This document shows, in pieces, positions 15,782 to 28,948 of a stretch of DNA of 64,000 nt (the stretch's first letter is position 1; each line of letters opens with the position of its first letter). The notes below the pieces were generated by a model that saw only the letters and a program-made list of their open reading frames with translations, did not search any database and was not told the DNA's origin. The stretch is from the human T2T-CHM13v2.0 reference genome, Homo sapiens. The stretch lies in the NCBI RefSeq assembly GCF_009914755.1, contig NC_060931.1; one strand, 5' to 3'. The position numbers were made by a program, and so were the translations under genes.

Positions 15782-16303
15782 AAAAGGTAAAATTGTGACT
15801 CTCATAAAAAGATAAAATGACCTTGTTTCCAAGATTTTTTTCAGCTCATTAATTAATAAGGGATAAATAAGATGTTATAATCAGATCAAAGAAGAATTCA
15901 ACAATCCACACATATATGGGTAATAAGGAATGTCAGAAATAATTTACAACAAGATGCAAAAGGATCTATCTGCAGGCAATGATCAATTACATTCCACCAG
16001 GTATAATAAATTTGACTTCTATAGATAAGAATTATTTTCCTTATTACCAGTTTTCTGCAACTTGCAAAACTATAAAATAGCTCAAGAACAATAAAATGTG
16101 GAAGTAACCCCAATTATACCCATCTAATTAGACAGAACACTTTTCTTTTATTTATTTCAAAGTACTTCATAATTTTCCCTGGCAATATATACAACAGTAG
16201 AGTCTATTAAGGCCAATCACATCCTTGATGTTGTGAATTGGGGAGGAAATACTGAATTCCGGATAGCAATACTCCCACTGTCTATTAATAAAGGCTATAA
16301 TAC

Positions 16304-16630
16304 CAGTGCTGTCCGGTAGAAATATAATGCAAGCTACCAATGCAGCCAACATAGATAAATTTTACATTTTCTAGCAGCCACACTTTTAAAAACATAGAAA
16401 TTGTTAATTCGTTAAGTTTAATAAAATACATAAATAACTAAATGCAAAGTATTATCTCAACATATAATCAATAAGAAAAAATATCAATGAGATATTTTAC
16501 ATTCTTTTTTGCATTCTGTGTCTTCAAAAGCCAGTGGATGTTTTACACTTACAGCACATCTGAATTCAGACTAGCCACATTTCATATGCCTTACTGGCCA
16601 TATGTGGCCAGTTGCTACTGAACAGCACAG
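16304..16630. mobile_element. MER33-like hAT-Charlie non-autonomous DNA transposon
   Basis: CAGTGCTGTCC...AGAAATATAATGC start; internal TTTTACACTTACAGCACATCTGAATTCAGACTAGCCACATTTC; ends ACAGCACAG. Confidence 0.75.
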
Positions 16631-16790
16631 GTCTACAGAAATCAAACTTTGGCAAGCTAGCTAAGCTTTGCAGGGTTTGGAATATTAATTAAAACATTTT
16701 AGGTTTGTCCCTATCTTATTTTCAAGATAGCCAAGTTCTCAGATATCCTCCTTTTAAAAAGAAGCATGATCAATGCCCGAGGAAATTATA

Positions 16791-19138
16791 CAGGCATACC
16801 TCGGAGATATTTCAGATTCAATTCCAGTCACTGCAATGAAGTGAGTCACACAAAAATGTTTTGGTTTCCCACAGCATACAGAAGTTATGTTTACACTATA
16901 GTGTAGTTTATTAAATGGATATGTCTAAAAAAGAATGTGCATACCTTCATTAAAAACACCTTATTGATAAAAAATGCTAACGATCATTTGAGCCTGCAGT
17001 GAGTCGTCATCTTTTGCTGGTGGAGGGTCTTGCCTCAGTGTTGATGGCTGTGACAGATCAGGGTGGTGGTTGCTGAAGGCTGGGTGGCTGTGACAATTTC
17101 TTAAAATAACACAACATTGAAGTTTGCCACATCAGTGAACTCTTCCTTTCACAAGAGATTTCTCTGTAGCATGTGATGCTGTTTGATAGCAGTTTACCCA
17201 CAGTAGAACTTCTTTCACAATTGGAGTCAATCCTCTCAAACCCTGTCACTGCTTTATCAACTAAGCTTATGTAATATTCTAAATTATTTGTTGTCATTTC
17301 AACAATGTTCACAGCATCTTCACCAGGAGTAGAAGCCACTTTCTTTGCTCGTCCATAAGAAGCAACTCCTCATCAATTCAAGTTTGATCATGAGATTGCA
17401 ACAAGTCACTCGCATCTTCAGGGTACACTTCCAATTCCAGTTCTCTTGCTATTTCCACCACATCAGCAGTGACTACCTCCACTGAAGTCTTGAACCACTC
17501 AAAGTCATCTATAAGAGTTGGAATCAACTTCTTTCAAACCCCCATTAAAGTGGATATTTTGACCTCTTCCCATGACTCATGAATGCTCTTAATGGCATCT
17601 GAATGGTGAATCCTTTCCATACGTTTTTTAATTTACTTTGCCCCAGTCCCTCAGAGGAATCACTTTCTATTGCAGTTATAGCCTTATGAAATGTTTTTCG
17701 TAGATAAGGCTTGAAAGATGAAATTGCTTCTTGATCCATGGGTTGCAGAATGGATGTGGTACTAGCAGGCATGAAAACAGCATTAATCTTGTGCATCTCT
17801 AGCAGAGCTCTTGGCTGACCAGATGCATTATCAATGAGCAGTAATATTTTGAAAGGCATCTTCCTGAGCAGTAGGTCTCAACAGTGGGCTTAAAATATTC
17901 AGTAAACCCATGCTATAGACAGATGTGCTGTCATCCAGGCTTTGTTGTTTTATTTACAGAGCCCAGGCAGACTAGATTTAGTGTAATTCTTAAGGGCCTT
18001 GGGATTTTCAGAATGGTAAATGAGCATTGGCTTCAATTTCAAGTCACCAGTTGCATTAGCCCCTAACAAGAGAGTCAGCCTGCCTTTTGAAGCTTTGAAG
18101 CCAGACATTGGCTTCATCTCTCTAGCTTTCAAAGTGCTAGGTGGCATCTTCTTCCAAGAGAAAGCTGTTTCATCTACATTGAAAATTTGTTTAGTGTAGG
18201 CTCCTTCATCAAGGATCTTAGCTAGATCTGGATAACTTACTACAGCTCCTCCATCAGCACTTGCTAGCTCACCTTGCACTTTTATGTTATGAAGACACCT
18301 TCTCATCTTAAACCTCATGAACCAGTCTCTGTTAACTTCAGACTTTTCTTCTGTAGCTCCCTCACCTCTCTTGGCCTTCATAGAATTGAAAAGAGTGACA
18401 GCCTTGCTCTGGATCAGGTTCTGGTTCAAGGGAATGTGATGGCTGGTTTGATCTTCTATCCAGACCACTCAAACATTCTCCCTATCAGCAATAAGGCTGT
18501 TTCAATTTATTTTCATTCATGTGTTCACTGGAGTAGCACTTTTAATTTCCTTCAAGAGCTGTTTCTTCACATTCACAACTTGGCTGAGTAGTGCAGGAGG
18601 CCGAGCTTTCAGCCTATCTCAGCTTTAAGCATGCCTTCCTCACTAAGCCTAATCATTTCTAGCTTTTGATAAAGAGACATGTGACCCTTCCTTTCACTTG
18701 AACACTTAGAGGCTAATGTAGGGTTGTTCATCAGCCTAATTTCAATATTTTTGTGTCTTAGGGAACAGGGACGCCTGAGAAGAGGGACAGAGTCGGGGAA
18801 GGGTCAATCAGAATGGCTGGCAGTGGGGTAGTCAGAACAGAATTTATCAATGAAGTTCACCATCTTATATGGGCACAATTCGTGATGCTCCAAAGCAATG
18901 ATAATAATGACATCAAAGATCACGGATCACCAAAACAGATACAATAATCATGAAAAAGTTTGAAATATTGTGAGAGTTACCAAAATGTGACACACAGACA
19001 CCAGTGAGCATATGCTGTTAGAAAAATGGCACCAACCGAGTTGCTGGGCACAGGGTTGCCACAAATCTTCAATTTGTGAAAAAATGCAGTATCTGCAAAG
19101 TGCAATGAAGTGAAATGCAATAGAACGAGGATGGCCTG
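16791..19138 (-). mobile_element. Tigger1 (pogo-like DNA transposon), near full length, decayed transposase
   Basis: Left terminus TA|CAGGCATACCTCGGAGATATT; degenerate right TIR ...GAGGATGGCCTG; ~2.35 kb. Minus-strand ORFs 17950-18468 (QIFNVDETA...[13 protein letters not shown]) and 17545-17859 (ILLLIDNA...LQPMDQ) are pogo DDE transposase pieces. Confidence 0.92.
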
Positions 19139-21039
19139 TGGCTGAAATGGCTGTCAGTGCGGCCCCATGGATGTCCTCATTAGCAGTCTGTACCAGTGTC
19201 TTTTCCAAAGGAAACCATACTTACCCTGTGATGTCAGAGGGAAAAATGAACACACAGGGACATGGCAATAACCATAACAATAAAGGTAATATTGCTGTAC
19301 CTGTCACCTGAGTGTGACAGCGTGCATCAAAAACATTAACTTTTTCATTTTCAAATCACTCTTGTGGGGTAAAGAAAGGTAGAATGCTTCTCATAAGCCC
19401 TCTTCCACTGCAGCATGAGAAGAGACATTTTGCTTCTTAGCAAAGAAGTAGCTAAGGCATATCCAACTCAGTGTCTCAGAAACCACAAAGACCTCAACTA
19501 GTCACCAGAAGATCCAGCTCAAAGCTCCACCTCTGAAGGGAGAGAGCCTCCTTCCCCAGGGCACAGCCCTACAGCATCCCGCAATGCCGCAGCACCACGT
19601 CGTCAGTGCCAGGCAGGTGCTGAGGAGGAAGGTGGTAGGAGGAAGCCCAGCTTGCCTGTGTGAGCCAGGGCAGGGATGGCTCCTGGAGGGTTCCCTCATC
19701 TCTGTATTTATTTACTCCTCTTTATTGTGCCTTCTCCCCACAGGGGTTTCTGAGAAAGGGATTCAAGTCCCAGGGGTAGATGGCCTGCAGGGATCCCTAA
19801 TAAAAAATTATTTCACAAAGTAATACAGTAACACTTGGAATTCTTCCTTTCTTGTCATGTTTCTGGTGTTTTATATAATCTGAACTAGGAGAATATAGGG
19901 CCATGTGTGTGTGAGAGAAAAAGAGACAGAGAGAGCAAAACAGAGAAAGACAGACAGCAGAGAAGAGAAAGAACTAGCCAAACGCTGGCTCTCAGACTCC
20001 AATCATATCCTCCCTTCCCATTTCCTCAGGATATCAGCTAAACTCAGTGCTCCAGGGACCAGTGGCCTCCAGATCGCCTTTGAGTCCTCTCCTCCCCCAC
20101 CCTCACATCCTCTAGTGAACTTTCAAAAAAGCATGGAAGTCATCCTGCTCCCCACCCATCCAGCCAACTACCTAGACTCTGGTGGCCACCATGTGCAATC
20201 ACTATCTCCTCTGCATGAATGGTACTTTCACCACCTGAGCGACACAGGCTTCCCATTCAATGGGCAGCATCCGCCTGTATTTAACATTAGCTGCTCAATA
20301 ATAACCCATTGAAGGAGTAGGCCCTATGATGTTTGTATAAGGAGAGGGGCAGTGAAGAAAGGGCTCCATGTGCTGAATTCAAGAAGGGGGTTATTTCTTT
20401 CCTACTATAAACAGAAATGATTATAAAACCAGATCCCAGAAAGAGCCCCTCAGCCTTCACTTTGGCACGAGGGGGTTTCGTTTCTCTGCAAGACTACCTC
20501 TGCGTGCTGACTTCTCCAAGTTTTTACTGCATTCCAGGGAGGGAGATAGAAACCAAAGCAAATAAAGTGCCCCCAAGGGCCCTCTCCTCCCTCTGAAAAG
20601 CTTCTATTTTTAATTCTCTGCAGCTTTTAAAACAGTCAAATGGGGAAGTTTCAACAGTCTGTGGTGGAAGAGAATGCCTGCCCTCTCTAAGGACACCCAC
20701 TTTAGATAATCCCAGTTGGCCACGGGACACCAGGGCCAGGGCTGGGCAAAGGGGTTTTCTTGGCAGTTTCTTTTCAGCACATTTCTGTCATCACAAAGTA
20801 ACTTTTAACAACTGTGTTTTCCTCTCTACAAATGAGAAGAAGGCAGATTTTGAGCTGGTGGCTCACTGCATGCAAAATGTACCTGCTTCCCCCATAGCGT
20901 CTGGTTCATGCTACAAGTGCGTTTTCCTGGCACTTAGTGCTTTATAGAGATGCTAAACTGGAAACCAGGGATTCCTAAGCTCCCTGCAGAATTTCCCACA
21001 TTCACCCCGCGTCCACCTCACCAGGTGGGTGGCAATCAT

Positions 21040-21200
21040 GAGCCCATCATTTTCAGGTGGGAAAATGGGCAAAGCCAGAAAAATGGCAAGTCGTTTTCCC
21101 AAGCATGTCTTGGAGGATGTTAGCAGGAAGAGTAAACATTTCTTCTCTGACTCAGTCCGGTTTGTGGCCTCATGGTTACTCTCTCCCAACCACACAATCC
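21040..21200 (-). mobile_element. MIR fragment
   Basis: CCCATCATTTTCAGGTGGGAAAATGGG...AAGTCGTTTTCCCAAG resembles a reverse MIR core. Confidence 0.5.
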
Positions 21201-23699
21201 TGACTGTCACCCTGTGAGCATCTCTTAAGCCACACACCATGCACTCTGACCCTTAAAAACCTGAAGTGCCCCCACACAGGTCTCCTGAGGTTGAAGTAGC
21301 TTTGGGCACCAGTCGCGTGGTGAGCACAGAAGAGCAGGGTTGTGGAGGAGGATTTCCTCCGCTTCCTCCTAGGCCACCTTTGCAGAGCTGTCTCTAATAC
21401 CCACAGGGCCTACTTTCAAAAAGACATATTTAAGGCAATTGGCCGTAGAAAGCTCTAGATCCAAATAACCTTTCAGGGTTCTTAAGGACAGGACTTGAAG
21501 CTTGGGGAGGAAGCAGCAAATGAGCTCCAGGTGTGAAGGGGATGAGACAGGCTCCAATGCAGTGGAGAGGTAGGAAGCCCAGATTTCAAAGTTATTTCTA
21601 CCTCCTAAGGTTACATCCATTACATCAAGAATTTAAGTCTTTAGCCAAAATGCCCTATTTCCTAATACAGAGTTTTTAGTTGGCAAAACCCAACTTATAA
21701 ATGTCTCCTGAGCCCTCCTCTTCTCTCCAGCTTTTAGAACTCAACCAAAGCCCATTTTACATGAATGAAGGAACAAAACAGTAGAAAGAAAAAAAGAAGA
21801 AGAATGAATGTGGCTGTGCCTGTCCATCCTTTGTCCTATCATTTTTTATCAACTTTGAATCCAGTGAAACCTAACAATAATTCAGCCATGAACTTGCTAC
21901 ATAAACTGGAGAAATTTGGAGCATATATTTCCAATTCATTTACACTTGGCTCATCAAAATACGTTGCACTTAAAAAAAAAACGCTATTTGATGTTTAAGG
22001 AATTGTTTCCACCTTTTAAAATAAGCCTTTCTCAATTCAAACAGGAAGCTGCAGAATGCTAAGAGAATAGAAACTCAAATACAGGAAGGTCCAGGGACTG
22101 TTCAAAACTCAGAGCCATGAATTTAGAGAGGGTTCAAAAGTTGGCAGCGTGAACCCTCTCATCCCCATCCACAAATAATAAATATCACAAGAAGGAAAAG
22201 GAGAAAGGAGAAAGCCACTGGAAAGCCATAACTTATCCTGGCTCCAGACTTACAGTTCTCTCCAATAAACCAGGAGTTCTTGGAGAACTTAGGTTGTGCT
22301 GCCTACAGGGAGCTGAGCTACTCTTGTGTCATAAATTACCTTGCTGGGGATAAACTTTCCTCCAGGTTCAACAGACAGGCAGCTCTGCAAGACCCATCAC
22401 CCAGCTCTGTGCTTCCTAAATTATACTTCATCTGGTTGTGACATCTGAAAAGCTACAGGGAGAATGATCACCCCAAATTTGACCTTCCTATGCCACTGGG
22501 TCTTTTTTTTTTTTTTTAAAGAATAATAACTACATCAGGGGAAAAAAGATACAAGAGCATCCTATTTGAAAACACAAACAGGTAAAAAATAGAGCTTCCT
22601 ATACACCTCCCCAAATAATAGTATGATGTTTTCAAACTTGTCTACACTAAGGGTCTTTTTAAATTGCAATGTGACCCTAAGTTCTTCCCCAACTGAAATA
22701 GCAACAGTGAAGCTTAAAGTCATTGAAGTGAGAGCGGCAGGGATTAACTTTTCCCCTCCTTTCTTACTTTGCAATCAGCAACAGCCTCATTCCAGTTCTC
22801 CAGTCGTATTCAGATGTGTACACACAGAGAGACACATGCACTCAAACATCTGAGAACCCAGAATATTTAAGGAAGTGGCTACAGTGCCTTGAAATGTGAT
22901 CAAGCCTCTGAGAGCAGGTATCAGGCCAAGAGAAATAACTCTTATCCGTAAAGAGTTCTCTAATAAATCAGAAAGCCTTTTCTTCCACATGTCACCTGAC
23001 ATGTTTAATTTATCTCGTTTGACAGAATTGTGGCAAGCAGACTGACCACTGGCACAATTAGAATGGGCCTTTGTGACCAAGGGCAGAATATCAGGCATGG
23101 AAGGGCACAGAAAAGGAATACACACAGTAGGTATCCTATAAATGCTTGTGGGCCAGCTCAGTGTGATGGAGGATGCAAAAGAAGAGAACGAAGATTTCAG
23201 ATTTCACAGGTTTACAGCACATCAAGCCAATGCATAGACACAGTAACCAATCTTATCTAATCCAAGAAATTTAACTTAACTGGTTTGCTTCTTCCTGGAA
23301 TTTGGCCTCTGTCATAAACTCTAGGGAATTGCATAGGCTTATTCATTTTTGCTTCTGCATTTTACTTATGGAACACAAGATTTACAAGGAAGAGTAGGAA
23401 GAAATGTACTCTTTCTAATGTCTGCACCTTCTGAACTTGTGAACGCAGTGGATTTATTAGTGTCAGCTGGCTAACCTTGCATCTGGTCATACAATTTGTC
23501 TTGAAAGAAAAAGCCTTTACCTGGAGAAAAAAACACACCTTGACCTTGCTATCAAAATAGCTTTTAAATACCTATACTTTATTTATTTAGGAAAAATGAT
23601 CACAGTTACTAGCCCAATGTTCCCTTCCCTGCACCAACTGCTACACTCTAATTACCAAGGCTCTCCTGGCATTGAACAGGAGGAGACTGTCTTCACTTC

Positions 23700-23870
23700 A
23701 CTTCTAAATCTTTATGTAAAGTAGGACTAAACTATCCCCAGTTATACAGGTGAGTAAACTGAGACATGGACAGAGATCAGCTTATTTTCTTCAAAATTAA
23801 CTAGTGGCAGGGCCTAGACTTACACCCATTCTGGACCCCAGGTGTATGTTTTCAACTTCCTGGCAAGGCC
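23700..23870 (-). mobile_element. MIR fragment
   Basis: TATCCCCAGTTATACAGGTGAGTAAACTGAGAC...CTAGTGGCAGGGCC. Confidence 0.6.
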
Positions 23871-24204
23871 ACCTCTGTGTGCACCCGGTTCATCGATCTT
23901 CTTTCAGCAAGAAGATTATTATTGAATACCCAACGGGCATTCAACTTATCATTGATCATATACATATACTTTAATTATTTTTGTTCATTTACTTTTTCCT
24001 ATTTTAAGATAATTGAAATATAATACACATAAATAAAAGTGCATAAGTATTCAGTCCCACGAATTTTCCACAAGGTGCATGTAAATCAGCACCCAGATCA
24101 AGAAACAGATCATTTGAACCCAAAAGCCCCCTCCTTTTTACCCTCTTCATTATACTCCTGTCTTCATTCCCAGCCAATATATGCCTTTCCTTTGGTTGGG
24201 GGCA

Positions 24205-24465
24205 GTAATAAATTTGGTTATAAGCACATGCTTTGGAAGCAGATTATCTGGGTTGAAATCCCAGTACCCCTTTTATAAACTTTGTGTCCTTAGGCAAGTT
24301 GCTTAATTTCTCTGTGCCTCAGTTTTCTCAACTCTAAATTGGAATATTAATAGAAACTCATGAGATCATGGGGAAGATGAAGGGCTATAATATGTATAAG
24401 AGCTTAGGAAAAGGTAAATAGAAAAGCTCGGGGTAAACCCGCAGGAAGAACCAGCTATTATTACT
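24205..24465 (+). mobile_element. MIR (MIRb-like)
   Basis: CTGGGTTGAAATCCCAG...TGTGTCCTTAGGCAAGTTGCTTAATTTCTCTGTGCCTCAGTTTTCTC...AGCTATTATTA. Confidence 0.8.
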
Positions 24466-26499
24466 GGAACATTTCTCCTCATTCTCAGAGACTGTCCAGG
24501 GAAGACCAATAAGATGCAAAGATAGTAGAGCAAGGTAGATGGCAAGGGAGAGGGAGATAGAGAAATTCAATCAAGCATGTGCCTTATGTCAATATGAGAA
24601 ATAAATCCACCTCTAGACTAGGGAGAGGATGAGAGCTGGACAGGTTGAAGAACAGCTCACTAGACAGTTTGCCAGTCACACAGAATCAAGTTTCTAAAGC
24701 AAAACTCTTATTTGAAACATAATGTATTTTCTCATCAGTCCTACTAATGCCCCATATGTGTGCAAATATGCCCCATATGCCAAAGATGATAAGCATGAGT
24801 GCTCTTTTAGATCACCCATGGGCCTTCCACTCCCACCATGACTCCTAATAGTCTAGAATTAGATGTATATTTGTTAGCTTCCTACACTAGAAAGAAAAAA
24901 CGTGTAATTTTTTTCATCCAATTCACAGCTTAATTCCTTCTCCCTACTATACTTCATTAACTAGGCCATTTTGACTGACAGTGCAAAAATCTCTATTTGG
25001 CATAGCTTTTTAAGTAGAACAGATTCAGGCATTTTTTCCATGCTACATCTCTTCACATTTTTGAGTCACTTAAAATATTTTTGATCCATTTCATTTAGCA
25101 CTTTTCAAAATTCTCTGTAGTGTAAATCAAAAGCAATACGTAGCTTAAAGCATAGTTTCCAAGAAGCCAGTTACCTCAGAGATGTAAAAATACAGGACAG
25201 ATAATCTGCCATGCAAATTTCTTTTTATGTTTTCTAGCTGAAACAATGCATTTGCTGGAACTTCTTTCTTAGGTCTACATGTTTTATGTAGACATCAAAA
25301 TATTTAACCAAGTTATAAAAGTCAAAAAAGAACAGAGAAAGAATAAAAACATCTTTCATGTAATATTAAAAATGGCAAGCATTTAATATTCATTTGAATA
25401 ACGAGTTGACTACTGTAAAGAATTAACATAGTTTAGATTCTCAACAGTAACAGACAGATTGAGGTCTGACATATTGACATTATTAAGTTGCAATAGGATT
25501 TAGGAAAACTCAAAATAGATAGGAAAAGAGGCCCATGCTTGGTTTCTTCCCTCCCTCCCTTCTCTTGCTCTCTCTCCCTCTCCTTACCCTCCCTCTCCCT
25601 TGCCTCTGCAGTTTTTCTTTTCATGTTTGTTGTGAGGTAAACAGACCAGAGATGAATATTAAACTCTAACATGCTGTGCACTCTCAAGCTCTAACAGATC
25701 TTTTTTTTTAGTGGGATAGAGATAATGTTACTTACAGAGCCTTTCGACAACATGGCCATATGGCTGGCCAGACCCCCTGTCTAAAAGGAACAAAATGCTT
25801 CCTTCCTGGGTGGCTGGCTGTGGGCTGGAACAGTACATGATGTTCAAGATAAGAAAACGGAAGTTCCTCGTGCTGAGCTTAACCAAATGAGGTAAAATAA
25901 GAAATGGAAAGACAATGAGAAGCTGCCTTATTTGCAGCCTGTGTCAGAGCCAGCGCAGGGATTTGGAGTTGAACAGCATCTCTCTCGATCATAAGCGGGA
26001 AGGCCTTGTCCCAGCTACTTAACTCCGTGTAGATATAAATATGAGATGAAGCTGCTTTGTTACCTTTTAGGGATATTGCAAATACCACAGAGATCATTAT
26101 AAACTGATTCTTCGTGCCCTTGAGCTTGCTGTGTAAAATAAATTGAGCCTGTAATTTCCAGTCCAGTGGCTAAGGATTCTGTCTACCCATTTCTAAGGCC
26201 AGTGATTCCCATTTGAAGGGTCTCTCCAACCCTTTAGAAACTAGATCTACCCTCCACAGGACGCTGGTGACCATCTCAGCCATGGCACTTGCCCTCCAGA
26301 CTTTGCAATGCACCACGTGCCCAGCCTCTGCCCCAAGAAGCTCCAGCCACCACCACCTTATTCTGAGGCTTCATTTCCTCATCTGTAGAACAGGGAAAAC
26401 ATTAGTTTCTGCCTGATGGAGACACTTCTGCTCAGATTCTCTTTATGTGCCCAGCCTGCTGCAATCTATAGGTGATCAGGGCAATAGGCGTATCTGGCC

Positions 26500-26620
26500 A
26501 TAATCAGCTCTGTGACCCTCAGCAACTTATGTAACTCTCCGGGTCTCCCTTCTCTCATCTGTAAAATGGGAATAATAAGACTGCTTCATAGTACTGTAAG
26601 AAGAGTTCAATGGCATATAA
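26500..26620 (+). mobile_element. MIR fragment
   Basis: TGTGACCCTCAGCAACTT...TCTCATCTGTAAAATGGGAATAATAA. Confidence 0.7.
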
Positions 26621-27119
26621 CTCTCAGGAAGCCATTGCTAAGTAAAACAAAAGGATCCTCCTTCTGGCCTCATTCCTTCAGTTTCCTCCTTGACCCATTC
26701 CTCATGCTGTCTTTTAGGGTGGGACCCTCCAATTAGTCTTTCAGGTACTCCTTTCAGTTAAACATTTTTGAGCACAGTCACCAATATATATTTATATATT
26801 TATAAATTTTATACCTATAGTGCTTTGTTAATATGTTTTGTGCATTCTGAAAACACACACATACTACACAGAAGTTTTCAAAGAATGAGGTAAGAAAGTC
26901 AATAGAAATAGGAATTTAATCATGTTCTTCATGCACTCCAACTAATCATCTAGGGCTCCCTCTTCTGCTCTCTAGCCTCCCTGGCCCTGCAGGAGGAGTG
27001 TTCCCCTGTGGGATCCTGTATATCCCATCTTCTTGGGAGAGTTGCACACACCATAACCCAAGCATGGCTTCACTGGTCAGGATAAGCCTCCATTCTCAAC
27101 ACAGTAGCATGATCCCAGG

Positions 27120-27880
27120 TGACAGTCAGCTTCACGGACATGTGATCCATGCAGTGCCATAGGGTCTCATGCTCAAGTGGGTGCCATGCTTGGTTAATTC
27201 TCAGATGTTGCCATCTTGAAATTCTTAATAATTCTACCTTTGAACTTGTGCTTTGTAGGCAAAGTCTGATGGGACAACGGAATGTATATGTGAGCAGAGA
27301 AGACATGCACAGTACATGTGTCCACTGTTTCTTGCTGTCCCATTTATATGTATTGTTGGTGATGCCTCATGAGCACAGCAATTCTAGTGGGCCCACCTTG
27401 TGTGAGAGTTCAGTGACACTCCAAGTGAATACAAGGTGAGCATATTATGGAAGCTACCTGCTTCCAGAGTGCCGTAGTATACACGTGTTTCAAGAAGTGA
27501 AATAAAAGCAGTGGAGTTTTGTGCAGTGTTTTCACTGTTCTGGCAAGAATCAAATACCTATGCAAGTACAAGCTATGGAAACCAAATTGTATATTTTCAG
27601 TGATTCTACACACATGCTTTTACATTTTCATTTAAAGCTGACTTTGCACAATATAAAGATAAATGGGAAAATTTGTGCTAATAATTTAAAACTTTAATTT
27701 TTCTTTACTAAAAAATGACATCAGATAGCAAATAAATAACATGATGACAAGAGGAGAGAAAGAAATATGGAAGAAAGAAAAAAGTTTTCTATCTTGGTAC
27801 CTTTAATACACTTCTTTAATGCTTTTTATACAAGCTGCCCCATGTTTTTATTTTACACCATAATCAGCTCTGCCCCCAGT
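27120..27880 (+). mobile_element. Internally deleted Zaphod/MER91-family hAT-Tip100 element
   Basis: 5' end resembles MER91A (GCTTCACGGACATGTGATCCATGCAGT...GCCATCTTGAAATTCTTAATAATT), then a longer internal segment and a MER91-like 3' end near 27830-27880. Confidence 0.6.
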
Positions 27881-28603
27881 CCTCTGACTCAGGTCCAACA
27901 TGACTAATGTGTCTCTATGAGGAGTGAGTCCTCCCCACCATCTTCTCTCACTGGAAAAAGGGGAGAAGGCTCTCCATTCCGCCCTAAGAAATAATTTATC
28001 CTTCCGAGACCACAGGTAATCACATTCAGTTGATGACATGCTTCATATTTCACTTATTCATTCAACGAGTATTTGTGTGTTTATTGACTCTAAATGTAAA
28101 TAATATCATGTTAAACATTTGCTCAAGGGAACCGGTACCTATTTTACCCTGTTTCTGACAACAGCAGAAAGTTCCTGCTGAAATGTCAAGATCTCAGTTC
28201 AAAAGAATCCTGCTGTTGAAACTCGAGAACTGAGCTCTGGAGCATCTACTCTTCAGAATCCTTTACCCACGCCCAGAAGCTAATGATTTCCAGAGGTGGC
28301 CACAGCAAAGAATTCATAGGAACATTGGTTATTGTGTCAAGAGTCATGTCAAGAAGGGAAGGTCACTGGTTCCAAAAATTCCAGAGGTGAAAAGTCACTC
28401 TTACAAATACCGTGTCCTCCACATTCAGCACATCATGGTATGTGCTTTATCATAATTTGGTGGGCCACCAGCTGTCACCAAGGCAGACATCATCCAAATG
28501 AAATTCTTCAACCTCACTAGCCAGGTGTCACTTTTACAGCTGGTTGACACTTTCTGCCAGGCATGGACATGGGTCAGGTTTTTGCCTCTTGAATGGACTA
28601 AGT

Positions 28604-28948
28604 CAGTGGTTCCCGAAGTGTAGTCTAGGAACAACTGGGGGTTCCTGAGACACTTCTTGTGGGTTTATGCAGTTAAAATATTTTCATAATAATCCAAAAT
28701 GTTATTTGTCCTTTTCACTCTTCTCTCACGAATTTACAGTGTAGTTTTCTAGAGGCTACATAACAAATATTTCGTTGTTCTGATGGCTAATGGAATGGGT
28801 ATTCTTGTATTTTGAAAATTTTTCAATTTTAATATCTAATATAGTTAATATTTATAGATATAGCCCAGATAAACATAAGCTCTCTGAAGTCATCAACAAC
28901 TTTAAGAATGTAAAGAGATCCGAAAAACAGAACATTTGAGAAGTGCTG
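28604..28948. mobile_element. Non-autonomous hAT-Charlie element with perfect 8-bp TSD
   Basis: TIRs CAGTGGTTCCCGAA / TTTGAGAAGTGCTG; TSD GACTAAGT at 28596-28603 and 28949-28956. Confidence 0.82.

Noticed and set aside
17058-18468. Domesticated TIGD-like gene
   Set aside because: The transposase is broken into several frames inside a TIR-bounded Tigger1.
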